A stretch of DNA of 64,000 bases from Veleropilina oligotropha (taxonomy: Eukaryota): contig JBEUKZ010000010.1 of assembly GCA_048128005.1 (NCBI GenBank), forward strand, positions 434,001-498,000, given 5' to 3'. How positions within the stretch are numbered: the stretch's first letter is position 1; every line of letters starts with the position of its first letter. This document shows positions 33,619-45,600 of the stretch, piece by piece. Made by a program: the position numbers and the translations under genes. The notes under the pieces are model-generated. The model had not been told where the DNA came from. It did no database searches and saw only the letters and a list, made by a program, of their open reading frames with translations.

Positions 33619-36600
33619 CTGAAAGAGGCAAAACCACTATGAGATTCACAAATTCAAAATTTCATCATAATAACTTAGTCAAAGCATATAATCTTTTTGG
33701 AAAGTAGGCACACACATGTAATAATTAATAATATTGTCAGAGTGAATTTCAAACTTGGCAAATAGTTTATATATATGCTCTAACAGGTTTCAGTTTTCAT
33801 CTTAATTACAATAAATATATCCCAGAGTATTTAGAAAAATAAAATTAATTATACTCATCCAGTTAAATATAAGAACAGGATGGCTGGTATAAATTGCACT
33901 GATGTTTAATGTTCAATTTAAACCTTGCCATCAAGGTCACATCCATTATATTAGCATGGGAGGAAAGCTCAGTATCCCTGATATTTGTTGCTTTCTCTGT
34001 ATAATGCGATGGGCGGGCGGAATTGTCTTCCCTATACTAGTGACATTAAAACATATCTAATAACGTTTAAACAATGTAAATTCCTTGATATCCTATTAAA
34101 CAATGCTACCTTCGGTAATTCGTTATTCATTGCATCATAGCTCTCGACTTCATTCAGGTTTACGTTGTTTTCCCTATAATAGTGACATTAAAATGAACCT
34201 AATAAAGTTTAAACAATATAATTCATTGACATCCTTTACAAGCTTACCTTGGACCATTCATTGGTCATTGGGTCGTAGCTCTCGACATCGTTGAGGTTGT
34301 GTTGCCCATCATATCCCCCCACTGCGTAGAGCCGATCCCCGAGGATGCACACCCCCACGGCGTCGCGGGGAGAACTGATGGGCGCGATGTTGGTCCACTG
34401 GTCCGTCTTCGGGTCATACCTACAAAATGGGTCAATGAGGTAAATATGAACATTGAGCCCTGATGAATTCTTCATGTTACACACTGAATATTGGAATTAA
34501 ATGGTAATATTGAATTGCACATATATATATATATATATCATTTTAAGAACAAAAGTTAATAAAAATGTATTATGAAATGCAGGCATTTTGCGGCAAAGTC
34601 ACAATTTTGATATTATATATGATGTTGTATAATACGTAATCAATATGCCACTGAGGTCCTGATTTACAAGAGGTCTCATACTATCTGTTTTTGAGCTATT
34701 GTCCCTAGTAATTCGTGTTATACTAAACTAAAGACAGTGGTATATATTACAGAGGTGTGTGTCCTTAAAATAGGTCCAACTCAACTATCTCCGAGCCGCA
34801 AACATTGCAAATAAAAATGAGGTGTACCTTTCAGCACACTCATATCGTGAGCTGGCTGGGTTGGTGGCAGGCGCCTCGTGCCCACCGACAGCATAGAGGA
34901 ACCCGTTGCATGTAGCCACCCCCACCCCACCCCGACGCTTAGACATCGCGGTACACATGGTCCACTTGTTGGTGTGAGGGTCGAAGCATTCCACAGACTT
35001 CAGGCAGGAGCTGCCGTCACGACCACCTACCGCGTACAGTCTGAAATGAAGCACGTAAATGAGTGATCAATAAGAGAATATTTCACACTCCAGTATATGA
35101 AACTAGCGAATCCTCGACCCAGCAAGTCGAGGGGATGTAGCAGAAATCAATGGACACTGTGTCGTCATCATGCCAAAAATGTATACCAAATTAGATTCAA
35201 ATCGGATTACAACTATTCACTGTAGATCGCGCACAAGAAATATCTTCGAATAAAGTGCCGCTGCGACGGCCATCTTGGATCCGAAAACAAAAGGAAATCG
35301 TTAGGTGGCGTGTCCTCATCATAACGTGCATATCAAATTTGCATCAAATGGGAAAATAACTTTTCACTGTAGAGCACGTACAAAAAATCTCTTCAATAAA
35401 ATGGCCGCCACGGCAGCCATCTTGGATCCGAAAACAACGAAAATCGCTACGTGGCGTTTCCTCATCATAACTAACATGCATGCCAAATTTGAATCAAATC
35501 GGATAATAACTTTTCAGTGTAGAGCACGCACAAGAAATCTAATCAACCAAAATGGCCGCCTTGGCAGCCATCTTGGATCCGAAAACGACGAAATTATTTA
35601 GGCGGCATGTCCTCATCACAACTAAATTGTACCAAATAGGAATCAAATCGGATAATAACTTTTCACTGTAGAGCGCACAAGAAATCGCGTCAAACAAAAT
35701 GGCAACCACGGCAGCCATCTTGGATCCGAAAACGACGAAAATCGTTAGGTGGCGTTTCCTCATCATAACTGACATGCATACCAAATTTGAATCAAATCGG
35801 ATTAGAACCTTTCACTGTCGAGCGCACACAAGAAATCTCCGCTGCGGCAGCGGCTGAACGATGACTAAACCATACTATCCCCGAAATGTTAAATTTCGGG
35901 GATACAATTACTACTCGTATACAAAATTCAAGAGCCAATATTTAACCTATGTCACCTAATAAACATAATAAATCCACAGATACATGATTAAACAATGAGA
36001 TACAATGATATCCAATAAATTGTAAATGAACAATAATAAGATATTGGTAGAATCTGTTGCTCTATGCTGCATATTATAATTTATTAACTGAATCAGGCTC
36101 TATTATGACTCCTTTACCTTTCAGGGAGGGTCATACTGGAATCGTGAGAGTATAGCCTATAATATCTGGTGAACCGCTTCCAATGACTAACTTAATGTAT
36201 TACCAAGATTGATAAATTCAAAGTGTATTCAACCAGGCTGGAACCCAAACTTTTGTACTAGAGCACTGCTCGGTGCCACAATGGAAGCGGTGACCCTCAG
36301 AAGAAATATTATAAGCAGAAATGTCCATTATATTGAGAATATTTTTTACTTGAAAAAAACAAATTAATAGAATATAATTCCGTTAGAAAGTCGACTGAAA
36401 GAGAGCGTGGCTAGTACATGTAAGACTATTCAGTAATTCTGTTTCGCATGAGTGGGTTCGAGTCCTCGGCTAGACACTTTGTTCAGTTCATGGTCATAAT
36501 CTGATTCCCCTGATAACACATGTCCTGGTGTGATCCTGAAGAATGTTAAAAACATGAGACATTATGCATCGCTCCGAAGCAATCCAACTGCAGATATGAA

Positions 36601-39600
36601 GTATTCTCTTACTTTCCGAACAGCACTGCCACTCCAACTGTACTCCTCGGGGTCGACATCGGTGCCACGTAGCTCCACTGTCGTGCCTGTGGGTCCCATC
36701 TCTCCACAGTATTTAGATACGACCAGCCGTCGTGACCACCTACGGCATACATGGGCCCTTCCAACACCCCTACTCCCAGCCCATGTCGATGGGTAGACAT
36801 AGGAGGCATCAGGGCCCAGCTTTTCTTTTTTGGATCGTAGCACTCGACTGTGTTCAGAGTTTTCAGTCCGTCGCGTCCACCGACCACAAAAAGTTTATCG
36901 TCCAGGACGGCAACGCCGAACTGCAATCGCCGGCCATTCATGTTTGCCACTTGGGTCCACGTGTTGGTCCGCAGGTCATACTTTTCTATACTTGTGGAAC
37001 CTGAAAAGAACAATGCAGAATTTTTAATGAAAACGGAGTAAACTTTACACTATTTTTCTTCACTTTATAGAAGAGTGTGACATTAATGTGTCTAAAATGG
37101 CTAGCTAAAATGCAACTATCCAACTTTCTTGAATTAATGAAAATACACTCTCCATAGCTGCTATACTATATCTGGCTATAATTAGATGCCTACTAGGATT
37201 ATTTCAGGTCTTGATGTGTTCACTTTTATTTCCTTATTTAATGTGACAAACAGACAAATAATTAAAGTCACAATATTACCTTTTGAACAGTCGATGCCAC
37301 CTACGGCATATAGAACTCCAACTGTGGATTTACGTGGCTTTGTTCGTGGGCTTTGGAATGACGATCGTCTCTCAGGTAGTAAATGGTACTTCAGGGCTTC
37401 CATAATAAGTGCTTGGCAATCTCTATCCTCACGAAATAAACAGTTAGTTTCAACATGGTCCGCAATAAACTGTAAAGAAAATTTTGGATAATGTAAATTA
37501 TTTGTCAAGATTGCAGTGCTTCCAAATCAACTAGATTTTTCCTCAATAAGCAATACATCTATTTATTACTCGGGTGTTGAAGATATCGCCATCTCATAAA
37601 AATCTCGTATCTTACGGGTGTTGGATAAACAATTGACCTCCAACTCTCAATTTTGATTGGACAATAGGAATCTGCTGATGTAAGGTCACGGGACTACTTT
37701 TTCATTGATAAATGTTACAACTTTTACTATCAAACAAATGTCTCACGACTGCCGTCGGAACGAGATCTTATAAAGCAACGAAAGTATAATTAAAATAACT
37801 TCAAACATAAATAAAAGTAAACATACAATAAAATAGTATTTACAAATAATAAGTACGACCGTTCAAACATTAACAGCTTTATTCAAGAAAACAGAAATCA
37901 AAATACATTGCGAAAGACACAATACGATTCTAATATTTTGGCCAGATTCATGATACTAAAAGGCGACAACAGACCAGTAGAAACTATATCGCCAAATGAA
38001 CTGTGGGACATCCTATATTTATTTCATGTCAATAAAGAAAGCAAATGGTCAAGAATATTGTTACAATATGATGCCTAAATGCACTTAATGAGTAGATCTT
38101 TATTATAGTTAATTACTATTGTACTATTACATATATGTTTTTACTATTTGAGTCAAAGCACTAATGACATCGTACATCGCACTCCTGCCAGCAATGATTA
38201 ATCTTGACCTGTGATCTAAGATAATTGTGTGTACTAGCTATGGTACCCGTCTTCGCCGGGCAAGTCCCCCCACCCCAATTTTTTTTTTTTTTTTTTTGGA
38301 TAGTGCTCCCTTAAATATATTTTTTTTTTCCCGAATTTTCCGATTTTTTTTCGTGGTAAACCTTCCTTGGGGGACCCCGATTAACCCCCCAAAGTTTGAA
38401 GGTCGTAGGTCAAAGCGTCTGGGAGGAGTACAACTTGAAACAGACACACATACAATTATAGCTCCATTATATTAAGATATTGTTAATGACATCTAGTCGC
38501 TTGATAGTAGCTGTTGACGTCACGTAATTCTGACATATTGATATAACTGAAAGAGATTAATGATGTTTAGTTCCGAGTTCAAAAGGAACGACGCCCGTAT
38601 TCTGTGGTTATGAGACATATGGTCTATTCGTCATTCCGTGTCAAAACGCGTGTAATCATGATGTAATAGTGGACGAATTGATCTGAGAATAATCCAAAGC
38701 ACGAGATCCGATCGGTTGAGACGAGGGCCGGGGAAGTTAGTTTGGTGCCTGTGCGCGGCCGACAGCGGGAGTCCTTACCTAGTCAACATCTAGGGTGCAC
38801 GTATAACTGTGCGAGGCTCATTTGTACATATATAAATATGTTTAGTTAGAACTTATATCTACGCTACTATTGATTGTATCGACATGGAAGTATACTATGT
38901 AATTTGAACTATGTCGAGGACAGATATAAATGAATTGTCCGAACTTACAACTGCCTTGTGATGCTGTAGCGAGATGTAAAAGTAGCGACTCCAGCGGATA
39001 GTGTCTTGTCACGGGGATATTATCCTATACCACCGCATTCCGTCATGGATAGCACAACGGTCCTAGATGTCGGAATGACCCGAGCCGGCTACCGAGTAGA
39101 TCCAGAAACTTAAGTTACGAGCATACAGTTGGCTGGAAATGGCTTTAAAGCCAGCGAACTGTAGATACTCTATAGAACACTAGACGACACGAATGATGGA
39201 AACCAGTAACCTCCTATCGTTGTTCTCCGAACATATATGCCAGACTACAGAACAATATATCATTGATCCCATTAACACTGTTGCGCTGTGTCGGGCGTTC
39301 CCCCAGTTCCTGGAGTCCGATCTGGGCAACATCATCTCCCCCGCTGTGTAACAATATGAACCCTCATCACTAACATCAAAGATATCAAGTTTTGATCGGG
39401 TTTTAAAACACAGAGGGTACGAAAAGTCATTACTGCGGGATAGAGAGTTTTCACGGCTTCGGGATGTTTTGTCATCAAAACAAAAAGCACTTAAAAGTAA
39501 AGGGTTCGGAAACTTACCAAATAGGGCTGAAAGTTTATCTTGTGACGAAATCCAGAAATGTATAACGGCAATGAAATGGGTTGCAACAACCCCGAATCCA

Positions 39601-42600
39601 TCCTAAATATTCTGTGGTGGAATAACACCCGTCACTTTGGCCTTCGAAGTGTTAAACCACACCATATGATGAAATGGGGCGATGTTTCGTTAAAGGTAGA
39701 CAGCGACGGGAGATAATTCCTCGAATATAACGAGCGCCAAACGAGAACACGCACAGGTAGTGATACCAGGAATGTCCGTGATGTTCCTCCTCGTGCTTGG
39801 GAAACGGGCGACGAACGATGTCCGGTATCCATTTATAAGCTGTATGCCACATTAAGGCCGGTAGATTTTCGTTCTGCCGATACACCGTTTTATCTGGCAA
39901 CAAATTCGAAAGTCGCGCCTGCTCAAAACCACCCATGGTTCAAACGCCAACCAGTTGGCCAAAACAAACTTGCCGGCACAATGAAACGAATGGCGTTTGA
40001 AGTTGGAATCACTGGTAAACGTGTCACAAATCACTCGCGAAAATAATGTTCCATCCACTGAAATTATGCAGATATCCGGACATCGTCAACTTAGCAATAT
40101 CATCAGTTCGTACGTTCCTCCGCCAGCAGCTCCACCATCGATAAATGTCTCGACAACTTCCAATTCACAGTCCAGCTCCATAAATTTAACAGCGACTACA
40201 AATTCACAATCTATATTTTCGGCACCAATTTCTAATTGCACCATTAACATCAACATCAACGGAGCATCGAGCCCAAAGCGCCCCAGACAAAACAATGATC
40301 AGCGACGATAGGAACACGTGATGTAATATGGAAATTTGACGCTATTTTGAAATCTCTGTATATAAATATAAATAATAATAGCCATTTACAAATATTTAAT
40401 TAAATATCTTATTGATTGTTAGAAGACGTTTTGTTATTGTTAATTTTTAACGTTGTTAGGCTATAAGAACGACCTATATTAATGCGCAAGGATTTTATCA
40501 CATCTGTGAAGAGGCAATTCGTAAGCAAATGTTGTTGGCGACAATGTTCGGATTTATATGCAGAAATACGATAATAACACAAGTATTTCAACATAAATAT
40601 CGTGAGTAATAAATAAAATACTACACTGGTTGTCGATAGATACCATTTTTACGTGACTCGTATATGTCTGACGGTATCTAAACTCGCTTTCGCTCGTTTA
40701 GATACCGTCAGACATATACTCGTCACGTAAAAATGGTATCTATCGACAACCAGTGTAGTATTCTATATATACAGTATTACTATCTTATACAATACTCTTG
40801 TTAGCTAAAAGAGAAGGGTGGGTTAGCATTACTGATCAGAATGACATTTTATTATCCCCCGGGGCTTCCGAATGAAAAAGCAAAGGAGGGATATAGAGAT
40901 AGCCTCTGTCCGTCCATCCTTGCGTCCGTATGTCCATTCTTCCGTCCGTCCGGTCACATTTTTGGTTCAAGTTTTGGGATGAGGTATAACATGCATTTAA
41001 TGGATGAATAACTCAATCAAACATATTCAGATGGAAAGTAGACATGCTTAGCCTTTAGTTGGAACCAAAAACAAAAAGATTTTTTATTTATTTTGTGAAA
41101 AAGAGCACTTTGAACATAGACATTTTTCGGTTAAAGTTTTTCTGTGAGTGTATATCGATTGCTCAAGGGACATTTTGGTGTAAATAAGCTTTAGTAATGG
41201 TTATATGGATGTGACCTGATACTCTGGCAATGATTTACATTATAATTTTATATAAATATTGCATGAAATTGGTGATTTGGGACATAGAAATTTAGTTACA
41301 AGTTTTCGGTTAAATTTTTTCAAAGAGTGCTTATAGATTGCTCATTGCACTTTTGTGCACACTTATGCTTTGTTGGTGACTATATTGATGTTACCCGCTA
41401 GCCTGGCAGTGACATTGAACAAAAATATAAATAATTTGTGAAATTGATGTTTTTATATATACAAATTTTGGTTAAATTTTTTACGTTAAAGTTTTTCGAT
41501 GATTGCATATAGGTTTAGTAAAGTTCTTTTTTAATGCATATACTTTGGTGTTGGCCATATTGACACTATCTGCTATCCTGGAAGTGATATTCAAATAATG
41601 TGTTACATTTGCAAGTTGGGACAAAGTTATTCAATTAGTGCATGTGGGATGCTCAAGATAAATTTTACACAGATGCTGGTTGATAGGTCTTGGGATTAAA
41701 GCCCAATTTCAATAATATAAATCACCATACCATCCAAACATTGTACATGTACTCTAAATCTATTTCTTGTATATATTGTCAAAATGCTTTGCCGCGGGGA
41801 TCCCGCTATATCGATACCACTTGTTTAACATGAATACATGTTATGTTGTTTGCAAAGAAAAAATATGGATAATACCGATCACTGACAACTGATAGTGTGT
41901 TAATACTATTGGGCGTACATGTTCATTCGATTCATATGGTCATATTTTTGGCAAGACTGATGACATACACTATACACGTAAAACCCTTCACCCGCAAGTC
42001 CATGAGAGGTAGTGTTATCTCACCTGCGGTGACATGAGAGGTAGTGTTATCTCACCTGAAGTTCATGAGAGGTAGTGTTATCTCCCCGGCAGGTCACTGA
42101 GAGGTAGTGTTATCTCACCTGCAGGGACATGAAAGGTAGTGTTATCTCACCTGCAGGGACATGAAAGTTAATGTTGGACATGAAAGGACATGAAAGCCAG
42201 GACATGAAAGGCAGTGTTATCTCACCTGTGGGGACATGAGAGGTAGTGTTATCTCACCTGTGGGGACATGAGAGGTAGTGTTATCTCACCTGTGGGGACA
42301 TGAGAGGTAGTTTGATCAGTGAGAGCAGCTTGGACAGGTGTTTCTTGCGGTTCGTGATGTCGTGTTTGGCCCACATGACCAGAGCCTGGAAGATGACCTC
42401 CTCGTTGGGCACGTTGAGGTCATCGCTGACAATCAGGCGGGACACGTCGTCGCTCTGCAGGATCAGAAACTCCTGGTTGTGCATAACTTGTATAAAATTT
42501 TCCTGGAAATAATAATTGAAAACAGTCAAATTATTAAATTGAATGTATATTATTTGATCACAACATTCTATCAAACAGAATTTGCGTGAATCATGATTCC

Positions 42601-45600
42601 TGTTTAGAGAAGTGTCAGTTCATCAAAGTGAAAAGACACTGAAAGGTCAAAACAAAGAGCTTTTAGTATGAAGTAACTTAATCAATAGTGGAGACTATAT
42701 TGTTAAATTAATGCAATGACATGCTTGTTTGACAAAGTACAGGGTAGATATGCATTAGCACTGTTCACCAAGGATTATATATTTCTAATAATACGTCTGA
42801 TCTGATAATATTATCTGCCTGAATAAATAAGCCATAGTCTCTCTCTCACACAAACACATCACAAGTCAGATACTAATGTAATAAATGGTTTAAAAACAAT
42901 GTATCCTCAGCTAGTGCACTATTGATTATGATGATATGTGGTATCCAGGGAACTGTCATGCACAGGCTTGCATGCATTGTTTATTTTAAGATCGCATCAA
43001 CAATAATTCAGTCTGGGTTATTCATATACGGGAAGTTATGTTCCGTTTTCCATTAAGATATCATATAGCTCGGATATGAACTACAATTTCAGGCACACTA
43101 TGTTCACAATGATCTTGTCAAACGGTAAAAGCTCTTACATACAGTAGCTACATATTTAACCAAGTATTTTGATAATGTGTGCAATCTTGATATGTCTCTG
43201 TGCAATGGCAACAAGAGTGCTCAGTCACGAGTGACCGCATATGTATCCCCGGGTAATGACCTGTCTAGAGCGATCACAAGGAATTATGCTGTAAAATCCA
43301 AGATGGAAGCCACAACGGCCATCTTGGCGGTCGGACCACACCCAAAATCTCTAGGTGTCGTGTCCTCACCCAAACCAATGCACATACCACATTTGAAAAC
43401 CTTCCGTTACGAAATGGCCTGTCTAGAGCGATCACGAGGAATCTCTCGGCAGCAGCTATCTTGGAGGTCGGACCACACCCAAAATCTACAGGTGTCGTGT
43501 CCTCACCCAAACCAATGCACATATCAAATTTGAAAACATTCCGTTAAGAAAAGGCTTGTCTGCAGTGATCACAAGCAATTTCGGTGTCCGTGGTGGCCAT
43601 CTTGGAGGTCTGACTACACCCAAAATTTGTAAGTGTCGTGTCATCGCCCCAACCAATGCAGATACCAAATTTGGTCCGTCTAGAGCGATCACAAGGAAAT
43701 ATGCTTTAAAATCCAACATGGGAGGCCACAGCCAGCAGCCATCTTGGAGTCGGACCACACCCAAAATCTATAGGTGTCGTGTCCTCGCTCCAACCAATGC
43801 ACATACGAAATTTGAAAACATTCTGTTAAGAAATGGCCTGTCTAGAGCGATCACGGGGAATCTCTCGGCGGACGTGGGCGTGGTGAAGCTAGGCGTAATG
43901 GACGCTAAACCATATCCTTGGACACTTTCGTTTCGGGAGGATACAATGACAACACCAACAATTCGTCCATCATAATTGGAAGATCAACTTTCAATAATGT
44001 TATGAAATGTCGCTGCTTGCAGTGAAGACTGGAACACCCAGGGTTAGAACTCTGGTTCTTTAAATTTCTGGTTAAACGTCTCAACCTGTCAACTGTGTGA
44101 AGCAAAATGCTTGCTTCATTCTACTCATGTAGCTTACGAGTCAAAAAAGTGTTCAATATCGTGTTTCATTCTTAACAGTTCCACAATTCATGCAACATGT
44201 ACCGTTATAATGATAAGACAACCTAGCTACATCGACTTTAAAATAAAAAGTACAAATTCATCATGTTTTTCTACTAACCATCACGTAGTTGTTGGCCACT
44301 TTGTAGAGATCATTGCAGCCCTGCGCATCGGCGAATTGGCGTATGCCGATGCAGTTGGACGGATGAAGCTGCTTCATCAGAAAACTACAGCACGCCTCTA
44401 CCACCTCCGGCAGCTGAAGGAGGCAGGCGGTGGCCAGGAGGCTCTCCACAGTCTCCTCACGAAGGTCGATGCGGCCTGGAACATAAAGAAGAAGTAGAGA
44501 AAACAAGCCACCAGATCAGGCGGTGGCCAGGAGGCTCTCCACAGTCTCCTCACGAAGGTCGATGCGGCCTGGAACATAAAGAAGAAGTAGAGAAAACAAG
44601 CCACCAGATCAGGCGGTGGCCAGGAGGCTCTCCACGGTCTCCTCACGAAGGTCGATGCGGCCTGGAACATAAAGAAGTAGAGACAACAAGCCACCAGATC
44701 AGGCGGTGGCCAGGAGGCTCTCCACGGTCTCCTCACGAAGGTCGATGCGGCCTGGAACATAAAGAAGAAGTAGAGAAAACAAGCCACCAGATCAGGACGC
44801 CGAGACAATAGTGGGTTTTGGAGGACACAGAACGATCCTTGTCATGATATCCTCATGAAGATCGATGTGGTATGGAACATAAAGGGGAACATGCCATCAG
44901 ATCAGAAAGCTGAGAGAAAAGCAGGATTTAGGGAACATCCAAGATCCTTGACGATCACAGTGGTTCGAAACATGACATTACAAAAATTTAATTTATTTTA
45001 GTTCCAATAAATTGAGTCAATAACATAATATAACACTCATATTATGAAGGAGAGCAATTCTCTAGTTATATATCTAGTGACAACTGTGACTGATGAACCT
45101 GAAAAGACAGGAATTAATTGTGCACAATGGTTATTCCTCTGCTTTATTGACAAGCCATGGCAGCAAACACAGGGAATCAACAGGACAAGCCATGGCAGCA
45201 AACGCAGGGAATCAACAGGACAAGCCATGGCAGCAAATGCAGGGAATCAACAGGACAAGCCATGGCAGCAAACGCAGGGAATCAACAGGACAAGCCATGG
45301 CAGCAAACACAGGGAATCAACAGGACAAGCCATGGCAGCAAACGCAGGGAATCAACAGGACAAGCCATGGCAGCAAACGCAGGGAATCAACAGGACAAGC
45401 CATGGCAGCAAACGCAGGGAATCAACAGGACAAGCCATGGCAGCAAATGCAGGGAATCAACAGGACAAGCCATGGCAGCAAACACAGGGAATCAACAGGA
45501 CAAGCCATGGCAGCAAACGCAGGGAATCAACAGGACAAGCCATGGCAGCAAACGCAGGGAATCAACAGGACAAGCCATGGCAGCAAACGCAGGGAATCAA

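Larger units (their letters stand above)
37863..40113 (+). pseudogene. Crypton/DUF3504-type tyrosine recombinase, interrupted by a solo LTR, stops and frameshifts
   Basis: [11 protein letters not shown]...[25 protein letters not shown]...[18 protein letters not shown]...[12 protein letters not shown]...[13 protein letters not shown]...[11 protein letters not shown]...RP...PFYLA...[12 protein letters not shown]...TNHSR...IMQISGHR. Confidence 0.85.
37560..40770 (+). mobile_element. Crypton DNA transposon fossil (DUF3504 tyrosine recombinase)
   Basis: TATTTATTACTC (37560-37571) / GAGTAATAAATA (40604-40615) inverted repeat, an internal YR pseudogene, and a 146-bp terminal palindrome (40617-40762). 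Confidence 0.8.

Noticed and set aside
39632..40311. Short ORFs listed in the track around 39.6-40.3 kb as independent genes
   Set aside because: They are antisense or partial frames of the broken Crypton recombinase.
40617..40762. Pre-miRNA genes at the long hairpins
   Set aside because: The stems are too long and sit at termini of repeat elements; better explained as transposon ends, though small-RNA production is not excluded.
44398..44808. 136-aa repetitive ORF
   Set aside because: Alternative frame of the duplicated acceptor array.
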